A stretch of DNA of 63,394 bases, the filler included, from Octopus bimaculoides (taxonomy: Eukaryota): NCBI RefSeq assembly GCF_001194135.2. It is 3 parts of 3 records of this genome, joined end to end, with 100 filler letters (N's around TTAATTAATTAA, not from the genome) between each part and the next. Parts side by side here need not be neighbours in the genome. Positions count along the whole stretch, not along the records: positions 1 to 26,915 come from NC_069010.1; 2 more parts are not named here. One strand, given 5' to 3'. The position numbers were made by a program, and so were the translations under genes. Positions 12,553-22,971 of this stretch are shown here, in pieces. The stretch's first letter is position 1. Every line of letters starts with the position of its first letter. The notes under the pieces were generated by a model. The model saw only the letters and a list, made by a program, of their open reading frames with translations. It had not been told where the DNA came from and ran no database searches.

Positions 12553-12745
12553 GTGGAGCCACGTAGCATGGTAGTTAGGGTTTCCGACTGATGATCATAA
12601 GATTGTGATTTCGTTTCCTGACCGGACAATGCGTTGTGTTCTTGAGCAAGATACTTCATTTCACGTTGCTCCTGTCCACCCAGCTGGCAAAAATGAGTAA
12701 CCCTGCAACGGACCGGTGTTCCGTCCAGGATGGGAATATATACGT
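12553..12745 (+). mobile_element. Diverged tRNA-derived SINE related to F3
   Basis: Head GGAGCCACGTAGCATGGTAGTTAGG; GCGTTGTGTTCTTGAGCAAGATACTT segment matches the inverted copy at 41350-41380. Confidence 0.55.
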
Positions 12746-13755
12746 CATGGAAACAGGGGTCAAAACTAAAGGGTTTGACAGTGAGAAATAAAAAAATAAG
12801 ATATTCTAATAGGTGTAAAACAACTTGCTGCGAACGAATATGAAGAAAAAAACTCGCGAACGGGGNNNNNNNNNNNNNNNNNNNNNNNNNNNNNNNNNNN
12901 NNNNNNNNNNNNNNNNNNNNNNNNNNNNNNNNNNNNNNNNNNNNNNNNNNNNNNNNNNNNNNNNNNNNNNNNNNNNNNNNNNNNNNNNNNNNNNNNNNNN
13001 NNNNNNNNNNNNNNNNNNNNNNNNNNNNNNNNNNNNNNNNNNNNNNNNNNNNNNNNNNNNNNNNNNNNNNNNNNNNNNNNNNNNNNNNNNNNNNNNNNNN
13101 NNNNNNNNNNNNNNNNNNNNNNNNNNNNNNNNNNNNNNNNNNNNNNNNNNNNNNNNNNNNNNNNNNNNNNNNNNNNNNNNNNNNNNNNNNNNNNNNNNNN
13201 NNNNNNNNNNNNNNNNNNNNNNNNNNNNNNNNNNNNNNNNNNNNNNNNNNNNNNNNNNNNNNNNNNNNNNNNNNNNNNNNNNNNNNNNNNNNNNNNNNNN
13301 NNNNNNNNNNNNNNNNNNNNNNNNNNNNNNNNNNNNNNNNNNNNNNNNNNNNNNNNNNNNNNNNNNNNNNNNNNNNNNNNNNNNNNNNNNNNNNNNNNNN
13401 NNNNNNNNNNNNNNNNNNNNNNNNNNNNNNNNNNNNNNNNNNNNNNNNNNNNNNNNNNNNNNNNNNNNNNNNNNNNNNNNNNNNNNNNNNNNNNNNNNNN
13501 NNNNNNNNNNNNNNNNNNNNNNNNNNNNNNNNNNNNNNNNNNNNNNNNNNNNNNNNNNNNNNNNNNNNNNNNNNNNNNNNNNNNNNNNNNNNNNNNNNNN
13601 NNNNNNNNNNNNNNNNNNNNNNNNNNNNNNNNNNNNNNNNNNNNNNNNNNNNNNNNNNNGGAAACAAAGTCAAGGAAAGGACATCAAAGTGTAATTACGT
13701 CCCTGCTTGTTTCTGAAAGTGGAGGTGGTGATATATGCCAAAAGGATTTTTTTTC

Positions 13756-13972
13756 TAAAGAATAAAAAGTTTAGAATGGTATAACAATGCACTATAGAAC
13801 AAAAAATGGACTATATACCTGTTGTAATTTGGTTATCTATAGTCCGATGATATTTCGGAATTACAATTCCTTCTTCAGATCTTCTTAGCTGGAGTCTCTG
13901 CTATAAACTGTTTTCCTTTTTTCGGAAGCATCTCAGTGCATTGTTATACCATTCTAAACTTTTTATTCTTTA
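13756..13972. mobile_element. MITE-like element with perfect 38-bp terminal inverted repeats
   Basis: TAAAGAATAAAAAGTTTAGAATGGTATAACAATGCACT (13756-13793) and exact reverse complement (13935-13972). Confidence 0.65.
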
Positions 13973-14384
13973 CAAACAATACACAATGCTTCAAGCGAAC
14001 TACAATACTCTCTGATTTTTTTTTCTGTTTTAAATATAAAAAAAAAAAATTCTTTGGGGAACGATCATTCAGTAACTTGTTCATGGCCTTGTTAGTGGAT
14101 TTGGCAGACGGAAACTGTAAGAAACCCCATTATATATGTATGTATGTTTGTGTTTCTTTGTCTTAAAATTGCATAACAGTTGTAGATGAGTGGCACTGTC
14201 ATATGAGCAGTGTCGTTTATTTCCAATATTCTGTAGAAGCAACTCTGACCAAGGGAAATATTACCTTGTTTGAAAATTAGCGAGAGTTGGCAATCGGAAA
14301 GGCCTGGCTGTAGAAAATCTGCCTCGTTAGACTGCCCATTCATTGAAAAGTGGGGCCTAAATACAACGATGATATATAGATATA

Positions 14385-14537
14385 GGCACAAGTTTGGCTG
14401 TGTGATAGGAAGTTTGTTTCCCAACCACATGGTTCTGGGATCAGTCCCACTACGTGGTGACTTGTGTAAGTGTCTTCTACTATAACCTTGGCCAACCAAA
14501 GCCTTGAGAGTAAATTAGGTAGTTGGAAACTGAAACA
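14385..14537 (+). mobile_element. SINE F2 5' part
   Basis: GGCTGTGTGATAGGAAGTTTG...GATCAGTCCCACTACGTGG...CCAAAGCCTTG. Confidence 0.65.
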
Positions 14538-14541
14538 AACT

Positions 14542-15005
14542 ATCATCATCATCATCGTCGTTTAACGTCCGCTTTCCATGCTAGCATGGGTTGGACGATT
14601 TGACTGAGGACTGGTGAAACCAGATGGCTACACCAGGCTCCAATCTGATTTGGCAGAGTTTCTACAGCTGGATGCCCTTCCTAACGCCAACCACTCTGAG
14701 AGTGTAGTGGGTGCTTTTACGTGTCACCCACATGAAGACCAGTCAGGCGGTACTGGCAATGGCCACGCTTGAAATGGTGTATTTTATGTGCCACCCGCAC
14801 AAGAGCCAGTCCAGGGGCACTGGCAACGATCTCGCTCGAAAGTCCTTAGACATGCCGCGGGCAATAGTGCCAGAAAGGCGACGCTGGGCACAGGTGCCAT
14901 CACAATTTCGCTTTCGCTTGCCCCAACAGGTCTTCGCAAGCTGAGTTTCGTGTCCAATGAAGGAGACGATGTTGGCATGGGTGCCAGTCGTCGAATTTAA
15001 TTCGA
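14542..15005 (-). mobile_element. F1 GAT-tailed retroposon, longest form (~460 bp)
   Basis: Collinear with 17108-17588; on - strand ends GGAAAGCGGACGTTAAACGACGATGATGATG; no tRNA head visible, so SINE body or LINE 3'UTR. Confidence 0.85.
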
Positions 15006-15019
15006 TTTTGATGTTTTGA

Positions 15020-15490
15020 AACGTCACAATATATTTCAGCAATGTGGAAATTTTATTCATCAAAGTAAGTACCACTACTATAAACACATTTTTGCCAACG
15101 AGTTACGAGTGTGTTTATTCCGGTAACATGGAAATCTGGAGTTCTGAACTTGATGAACTTTCAGCATCAGTTTGATTTTTGAACTCCTTCTCTCACAGGA
15201 AACCATCAGGGTGCTTGGAAAACTGGTAGTCGTTAAGAGAAAGCTCTGGGGAATAAGCTGGGTGGGGAAGAACTTCGTAACGAAGTTTCCTCAACATCTG
15301 GAGCGTCATTAGTGAAACATGTGGTTGAACATTATCATAAAGAATGATTGGCCCTCTTCTGTTGATCAGGGAAGTTGCAGTTTTCCATTCGTTTTGGCAA
15401 TTTCTTGGCAATATGTTTCTGCAGTAATGGTTTTTCTGGCTTTTAAGAAGGTATAATGGATGAGTCCAGCAGTACGCCAGCAAACAGTCA
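15020..15490 (-). mobile_element. Mariner (Tc1/mariner) transposase remnant
   Basis: ORF 15193-15483: IILYDNVQPHV...VLPHPAYSPELSLNDY, matching HDNARPH / HPPYSPDLAPSDY motifs. Confidence 0.8.
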
Positions 15491-15544
15491 CCATTAACCT
15501 TCCCTTGAAGTTGCTAGCCTTGTGCCAAAATTTGAAACCAGTAT

Positions 15545-15985
15545 TATTGTGCCAGGCAAGTTGCTTAGTGGTATTTCATCGGTCTTTACATTCTGAGTTC
15601 AAATTCTGCTGAGGTTGACTTTGCCTTTCATCCTTTTGGGGGTTGATAAATTAAGTACTAATTTATGGGGGTCGATGTAATTATCTAGCCCCCTCCCACC
15701 AAATTTCAGGGCTTGTACCTTTAGTAGAAAGGATTATTAGTATCATTATTTTACAGTGGCGAGCTGGCTGAGTCGTTAACACACCGGGCAAAATGCTAAG
15801 CAGCATTTCCTCCATTGCTATGTTCTGAGTTCAAATTCTGCTGAGGTCGACTTTGTCTTTCATCCTTTCAGGGTCAATAGATTAAGTACCAGTGTAACAC
15901 TGGGTTCGATGTAATCAACTAGTCCCCTTTCCCCCGAATTTCAGCCTTGTGCTTTTAGTAGAAAGTATTATTATTATTATTATTA
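15545..15985 (+). mobile_element. Two tandem copies of tRNA-derived SINE family F4, (ATT)n tail
   Basis: GGCGAGCTGGCTGAGTCGTTA head; GAGTTCAAATTC B box; CTTTCATCCTTTCAGGGTCAATAGATTAAGTACC core; recurs at 44700 and 52385-52820. Confidence 0.8.
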
Positions 15986-16575
15986 TGGGCACAGATTCGA
16001 CGTCAGGCACAAGAACAGTAGTTCAACAGAACTTGATGAACATTTCGTTTCAAGCGGCTGCAATTTTGAAGAAGATTTAAAAGTGCACATTCTCAGAAAA
16101 TATTCTGAATGTACCCCACTTTCACTTCTCAGAATGTATGAGGAGAAATATGTTTGCGGGTTATTGACATCACGCCCTGGAGGAATGAATAAGATGACAG
16201 GAGAATATCATCAAATTTATACAAAACTGTTTGATTGAATATTCTTCTTTCTCTCTTTTTCTTTCTTTTTTTCTGTCGTTTTCCTTTTTCCATTTTTTTT
16301 CTTTCTTTCTGCTTGTTATAAAACTTAAAAACTGATGAGGTCATTCCATCAACGTATGGACGCTGGTTACTCTCGTTCATAGTTTACGTTTGGTTTCTGA
16401 AATTTTGAATTTTCAATCACCTTTTGTTTTGAACTTGACAAAGACAGACGTTCTGTCGAAATATTGTTTAAAGAATAAAACATCTATACAATCGAATCGC
16501 ACTCTTCGTCTTGACTATTTACCTTCGTGAAGAGTTACGTCAATCCTTTTTTAAAATATTATTATTATTATTATT
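15986..16575 (+). mobile_element. 5'-truncated Penelope-like element: GIY-YIG C-terminus plus 3'UTR/pLTR
   Basis: Open frame GHRFDVRHKNSSSTELDEHFVSSGCNFEEDLKVHILRK...YEEKYVCGLLTSRPGGMNK...* fits the PLE endonuclease C-terminus (H-F...DLKV-IL...E..I..L.T..P.GLN); hammerhead-like motif and AATAAA (16474); (ATT)n at both flanks. Confidence 0.8.
16427..16473 (+). ncRNA. Minimal type I hammerhead ribozyme, U3-A8 core variant
   Basis: Stem I TTTTGAAC/GTTTAAAG; core TTGACAA; stem II GACAG/CTGTC; GAAA-TA-T; cleavage triplet AUU (after 16465). Confidence 0.6.
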
Positions 16576-16754
16576 GTATGTTTCAGTCCCACTCTTTTTT
16601 GTATTGTCCTGTAACATTCCCAGTCTTTTATATGGACCCTTCAGTGATTAATAATTAAAAAGTTACCTTTATTATTTTAAATTTATTTTGTGTATGTTTA
16701 TTTCCAGGTTCAATTTGTATAGCTTTAACGTGAGCGAAAAACGCGGGGGAAAAG

Positions 16755-16971
16755 ATGGCGTTTCCCTACGTGTTCACCCCGACTGGTCAGCCACTGTTGC
16801 TGACTGGTCAGCCAGTGTTGATCACTGGTCAACAACCAATGCAGATGCAACTGGCACCTCAACTACAACCACAACCACCCCCACAGTTACCGCCTATACC
16901 ACAGCCACCACCACAGCCCGTGCAGCCAAAACCCCCAGATTACATGTCGGAGGAGAAACTGCAGGAGAAAG
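16755..16971 (+). CDS. PRPF8: Pre-mRNA-processing-splicing factor 8, first coding exon (Pro/Gln-rich N-terminus)
   Basis: MAFPY...PPDYMSEEKLQEK matches the Prp8 N-terminus; acceptor at 16707, donor G|GTATGT at 16972 (phase 1). Confidence 0.93.
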
Positions 16972-17107
16972 GTATGTACCCCATTGCATTGTTTCCTGTA
17001 TTTACAGCATGTGACTTTGACAAGCAAATGAGAAAGACTGGGTGCTGGTCTCTTGATTTGCTAGAAACAACAGTTCAGGTTTCTCTGAAAAATTAACGAA
17101 GTATGTA

Positions 17108-17588
17108 TTCATCATCGTCGTCGTTTAACGTCCGCTTTCCATGCTAACATGGGTTGGACGATTTGACTGGGGACTGGTGAAACCAGATGGCTACACCAGG
17201 CTCCAATCTGATTTGACAAAGTTTCTACAGCTGGATGCCCTTCCTAACGCCAACCACTTCGAGAGTGTAGTGGGTGCTTTTACGTGCCACCGGCACGAAG
17301 GCCAGTCAGCCGGTACTGGCAACAGCCACGCTCAAAATGGTGTATTTTATGTGCCACCCGCACAAGAGCCAGTCCAGAGGCACTGACAACGATCTTGCTC
17401 AAAAGTCCTTACACATGCCACGGGCACAAGTGCCAGAAAGGCGACGCTGGGCACAGGTGCCATCACGATTTTGCTTTCGCTTGCCCCAACAGGTCTTCGC
17501 AAGCTGAGTTTCGTGTCCAATGAAGGAGACGACGTTGGCATGGGTGCCAGTCATCAAATTTAACTCGATTTCGATTTCACTTGTCTCA
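17108..17588 (-). mobile_element. F1 GAT-tailed retroposon in PRPF8 intron
   Basis: Collinear with 14542-15005. Confidence 0.85.
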
Positions 17589-17599
17589 GAAAATGTAAT

Positions 17600-18105
17600 C
17601 AAGACATGAGGGTCAGCTCATGGGTTGACCAAGATCTCTTATGGAATGCGACCAAAAGAGGTTTATTTTTCAACATAGTCCTCCTTTGCAGTTCACACAC
17701 TTCTTCCGTCAGTGTTGCAGTGCTTGGATCCCATTGGTGAGGAAGATTTCATCGTGTTGGTCAAAAAACTCATGAACAGATATGATATCATCATCACTGC
17801 AATACTGGTTCCCAGCCGAGTGTTTTTTTTTCATGTTGGGGAACCAATGATAGTCAGATGGGGCCAAATCAGGAGAATTGAGAGGGTGATCATTGAAACC
17901 AAGGGCTTATTTGCTGGAGCACATTCCTGATGAAACAATACCACCTTCACCAATTTTCTTGGCCATTTGTAACTGCCTCAACAAGTTAGCATGGTATTCT
18001 CTATTGATGGTGTGGCCCTTTTGAAGATAGTCAATAAACACAATCCCTTTTGCATGACAAATAACTGAGGCCATCACTTTCCTTGCAGATGAAATTTTTC
18101 GATGT
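17600..18105 (-). mobile_element. Mariner transposase 3' remnant with degenerate TIR
   Basis: Minus-strand FHQECAPANKPLVSM (HQDNAPAH-like) and C-terminal KCV.CKG.YVEK-like segment; TIR-like CATGAGGGTCAGCTC at 17604. Confidence 0.7.
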
Positions 18106-18119
18106 TGTTGTTGTTGTTT

Positions 18120-18470
18120 TTATTATTATTATTATTGTTCAGGTCGTTGCCTGGAATGAAACTTGGAATCTTGAGGTTAGTAGCCCATGCTCTTAACCAC
18201 TACACCATATGCCCGTAGTGGTTAAGAGCATGGGCTACTAATCCCAAGATTCCGAGTCCGATTCCAGACAGTGACCTGAATAATATTAATAATAATAACA
18301 TTGAAAAATACCTTAGGAATGAGAACCCAGGTTCGAAATTTCCCCAAGGCACCTGATGAAGGTTGGAGGGTATATCAGCCGAAACATGTTAACAACAAAC
18401 AAGATGAGGTCAAATATCCGTCAAATGTAAATAATGTACATAATTCCTCATCTCTTAAATATAGAACTGT
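18120..18470 (+). mobile_element. Family F5: tRNA head-(TAA)n-hammerhead tail element (18215-18470) preceded by an inverted copy of its head (18120-18214)
   Basis: GTAGTGGTTAAGAGC...GAGTCCGATTCC head; TAA tract; CACCTGATGAAGGTTGGAGGGTATATCAGCCGAAAC; same architecture at 33655-33946. Confidence 0.8.
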
Positions 18471-18558
18471 AAAATTAATATACATTTTATGATATATTAA
18501 TGATGACAATAGTTGATTCCTTATATGGTTATTATTATTTTTTGTTTGTTTACTTCAG

Positions 18559-18727
18559 CTCGTAAATGGCAACAGCTGCAGTCAAAGAGATATGCAGACA
18601 AACGCAAGTTTGGATTTGTTGATGCCCAGAAAGAGGAGATGCCCCCAGAGCATGTACGCAAGATCATTCGGGATCATGGTGATATGACCAACAGGAAATT
18701 CCGACATGACAAAAGAGTCTATTTAGG
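18559..18727 (+). CDS. PRPF8: PRPF8 coding exon 2 (169 nt)
   Basis: (A)[55 protein letters not shown](G); TTCAG| acceptor, GG|GTAAGT donor. Confidence 0.97.
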
Positions 18728-18937
18728 GTAAGTACCATCATCATTATCATCATCGTTAACAAGAATAGTTTTTGTGGGTCAACAGAGAGGCCTTTATGCT
18801 TGGTCTTTCTAGGCATATTATGTGACGTCTTGGGCAAGTACCTCCTTCCATGATATCAAAGAGACCAATGCCCGGTGAGTGAAATTTAGTCAACGGAAAC
18901 ACTTCAGAATTCTGGTGACTTGGCAGAATCGATAGAA

Positions 18938-19325
18938 CATCATCATCATCATCATCGTCGTTTAACGTCCGCTTTCCATGCTAGCATGGGTTGGACGATT
19001 TGACTGAGAACTGGTGAAACCAGATGACTACACCAGGCTCCAATCTGATTTGGCAGAGTTTCTACAGCTGGATGCCCTTCATAACGCCAACCACTCTGAG
19101 AGTGTAGTGGGTGCTTTTACGTGCCGCCGGCACAAAGGCCAGTCAGGCGGTACTGGCAACGGCCACGCTCAAAATGGTGTATTTTATGTGCCACCCGCAC
19201 AAGAGCCAGTCCAGGGGCACTGGCAACGATCTCGCTCGAAAGTCCTTACACATGCCGCGGGCACAAGTGCCAGAAAGGCGACGCTGGGCACAGGTGCCAT
19301 CACAATTTCGCTTTCGCTTGCCCCA
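18938..19325 (-). mobile_element. F1 GAT-tailed retroposon
   Basis: Same terminus and subrepeats as other F1 copies. Confidence 0.85.
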
Positions 19326-20955
19326 TGGATAAAAAGACCCATGGTATTTGTTCTGATTCTCTGCTCTCTGGACTTTCGTCGTTGGCTTCCTGCATGAGAC
19401 CTCCATCTTGTCTGCTTCTGTCGTTGCAGGTGAGAATGTTGAAGTGGTTGACTGCTTCACTTACCTTGGCAGTGTGATCCATAGCAGCATTAGCTACGAG
19501 GCTGAAGTCTTGAAAAGACTCGGGTGTGCTGATGCTGGTCGATGAACACCAAGTTGTCACATCAACCAGATCTTCAGAGAACAACACAATCTACAGGATC
19601 CAACTCGGAGAGTCAAGCAGCATGACCATTGGTTGGACTCCCTATTCATGGGTGTTTGCTGCTGATTATATCTGAGCAGGATGACAAACGTTTGGGTTTT
19701 CAGGTCTCTAGTTCTTCCTGTTCTATAGTTACGAGACTTGGACACTGTCCATGGCCCTTTAGAGCCACTTAACCCTTTCGTTACTATATTTCTGACCAAA
19801 ATACACCCCTCCTGAGTTTCAATTAGATTCTAAAATAATCATGAATTTAGACTAGTCTTATTAAACACCTATAACTTTTTTATTTATCAACATATTAATG
19901 TGATATTTGGAACATAATTAAAGAAAGGGTTCTTAATCAATTCTATTGCATAATTTTTGTCTCTGGGGTACTGCTAGTGTCTCTCACATGTAAATATTGG
20001 TTCAGCTTCACGAATCGTACTCGTTCATAATACTGGAAATATATTCATCGCCAAAAGGTTCCTGATCGCTCCAGTAATTTGTTATTCTGGGTAAATGTCT
20101 AATACCCATAATAATATTTATGGCAAAAAATGCCCGTATTTCATCTACGGTTGCAGGAAACCACAAGCTATCTGTTTTTCCGGCTTGTTTACATTCTGCG
20201 TAACAATTTGTTTCCGCAGTAATCATTTCAAACAAGCATGCTGGAAAAAATAAGAAAAAAAGGTCTAAAGGTTTCGCTTCCTGAGAAAGACTGTGGGTAG
20301 ACCCTGTCTCCTCAGAAAAATTGTTAATAAAAATATTTTTAAAATCTTTACTCCATTCTGGTGTAAAATCACCCTCACTGTCGCCGTCGCTGCTTTCAGT
20401 TTCGGATACAGAAATATCCGATTCATTATCGTTCACCACATGCTTTTGTAGCTCATTCATTCTTTTCTTCGATATCTCCATATCTTCTGTTGAAAAACCT
20501 TCAAATTCGGAATCACTGCTTGATAGCATGAAACTCCTCTCCATCTTCAAAGTTGAAAAAAATTAACGCCGCAAAAATAGTGGGAAAAAAATCTTCCAAA
20601 ATTCACTGAGTTCAAATATCACGCCAAACAATGTCGGAGACAATAACTCAACTGTTTGCAAAGTGAAATCAGGTGTTTTAATGAATGTACTAATGAGATT
20701 TGGGTTCAAATATACGTTTAAATAACAATGGGTACTCTTGGCCAGTTTGGTCTGATGAACCAAAAAATTTTTCGGCTGGTTACAGCCGGGTTAGTGACAA
20801 AAGAGTTAAACTCCTTTGGTTCCAGGATACTTTGCGGGCTTATTGGTTGTCATTGGTTGTATTTCATATTCAACTTGTGACTACACCCAGAAATTGGGAT
20901 CTGTCCTGCTACTTGCATGATCTGGGAGTGTCAGTTCAGATGGTTTGGTCATGAT
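19326..20955 (+). mobile_element. RTE-clade LINE RT fragment split by the piggyBac insertion
   Basis: GENVEVVDCFTYLGSVI...YSYETWTL..SH(L) before the TTAA, then NSFGSRILC.LIG.HW...CQFRWFGH after the duplicated TTAA. Confidence 0.7.
19773..20805 (-). mobile_element. Internally deleted piggyBac transposon with TTAA target duplication
   Basis: TTAA at 19769-19772 and 20806-20809; TIRs CCCTTTCGTTACTA / TAGTGACAAAAGAG; ORF 20008-20550 with acidic N-terminus and PLDLFFLFF...ITAETN.YA...W.P.TVDEIRAFFAINIIMGI..LP.I..YWS (PGBD4-like). Confidence 0.9.
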
Positions 20956-21532
20956 ACAAAGACGGCTGTTTTAATTAAATACTATCTCAATTGCGTACAC
21001 TGAATTTTTATTCATCCAGGCAGCTATTTGCAACATCAGTGAATATTTTCTTTTCATTTGTCCAATATCAGGTGTTCTTGTTGGTCACTGCTGAGATGGT
21101 TTTCATTTCCCTCCAATATATATTGTGTTTCATAAGCGCAGTATAACTATAGGTGTTTTTTCAGGATAAATACTGCAGTAACTAGTCTATGAACAGTGTG
21201 TAAACATTAAGTATGATACATAGATGGCTTTTTAAATTTAATACTACCTCAGTTGTTTATATTATTTTGCCAAACTGTCAAGTTATAGAGATGTAGACAC
21301 ATGAACACCAATTGTCAAGTGGTGATGGGGGACAAACACTTACAGAAAGACACACACACATACATAATAGGCTTCCTTCAGTTTTTGTCTACCAAATTCA
21401 CCCATAAGTTGGCCAAAAGCTGTAGTAAAAGGCACCTTCCTATGGTGCAATGTAGTAGGACTGAACTCGGAGCCATGTGGTTAGGAAGCAAGCTTCTTCT
21501 CACAGAGTCATGCCTGCAACTATAATGTTTAT

Positions 21533-22040
21533 TCATCATCGTCGTCATCATTTAATGCCCATTGTCCATGCTGACATAGGTTGAACAGTATGACCAGTCT
21601 GATTTGGCATGGTTTCTACAGCTGGATGCCCTTCCTAACACCAAACACTTTACAGAATATACTGGGTGCTTTTAATGTGGCACTGCATGGACGCTTATAC
21701 ATGTTGCCACACTGGTGCTTTTTCATGTTGCCACACAGGTGCTTACACATGTCCTTGCACAGGCTTTTTTACGTGGCACCACACTGGCATGTGCATGTGG
21801 TACTGCACGAGGACTTTTACATGATGTTGTCATCATCATCATCATCATCATCGTTTATCATCCGCTTTCCATGCTAGCATGGGTTGGGCGATTTGACTGA
21901 GGAACCAGATGGCTGCACCAGGCTCTAATCTGATCTGGCAGAGTTTCTACAGCTGAATGCCCTTCCTAATGCCAACCACTCCGAGAGTGTAGTGGGTGCT
22001 TTTACGTGCCACGAGCATGAGGGCCAGTCAGGCGCTCAGG
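21533..22040 (-). mobile_element. Two adjacent F1-family copies (older diverged plus younger partial)
   Basis: CATCATCGTCGTCATCATTTAATGCCCATTGTCCATGCT at 21533; canonical terminus at 21828; degenerate ~24-bp subrepeats at 21670-21820. Confidence 0.7.
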
Positions 22041-22124
22041 ACATTTTTACGTGGCAGTGCTGCATAAAAGCGTTTATTGTTTTTGTAATAAAATCCTTAA
22101 TTGTTTTATGTATGGTTGTGTTAA

Positions 22125-22331
<207 letters not shown>

Positions 22332-22971
22332 TAAGTGAAGTTTATCACCATCATCATCATCACTAACGATTATTATCACTAGTGATGATCATCATAGTAA
22401 TCATCATCATCGTTGTCAGTGTCATCATAACGTCAGTCATCATCAACACCACCATGACCATCATCATAAGCGTAACATTGTCACCACCCCCACCCCCACT
22501 CTCATCAACATCATTACTATCATCATGATAGCGAGTCAGGGAGAGAGCTTCTTTGTGGTGACTAAAGATGCTAGAAATAGCAGTAAGACTTCCTTCCTTT
22601 CAAATCACACCCTACAACCCTCTGAGTCAGAAACAAACGGGATTTCTTCCAGAAAAGCTTCATCAAATGCAGGAGCGGCCATTTTCGTTTGGTAAAAAAT
22701 CCAAAAGAAACTGCGATTGATTTCAAAGCTTCATTACATTGTGGTTAGTATTTAAGCAATGAGAATGGCATCACAAAATGGAAGTTTAGCCTCTTCACAT
22801 TTTATCATGCATATTTTCGTTTGGAGATGTCTAGTAGAAATATATATTTGAAAGAAAATATACATTGACTTTACTCTGAGGTGTCTGTCACTTATTTCTA
22901 ACTCGAATTACTTTGTTCATGATGTTATTCCTGGTTTCTATCCTTAACTATCAGTACTTATCATTTCTCAC

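Noticed and set aside
20008-20550. Domesticated PGBD4-like host gene
   Set aside because: The ORF is truncated before the DDD core and lies between TIRs with a TTAA duplication inside an RTE fragment; a deleted transposon.
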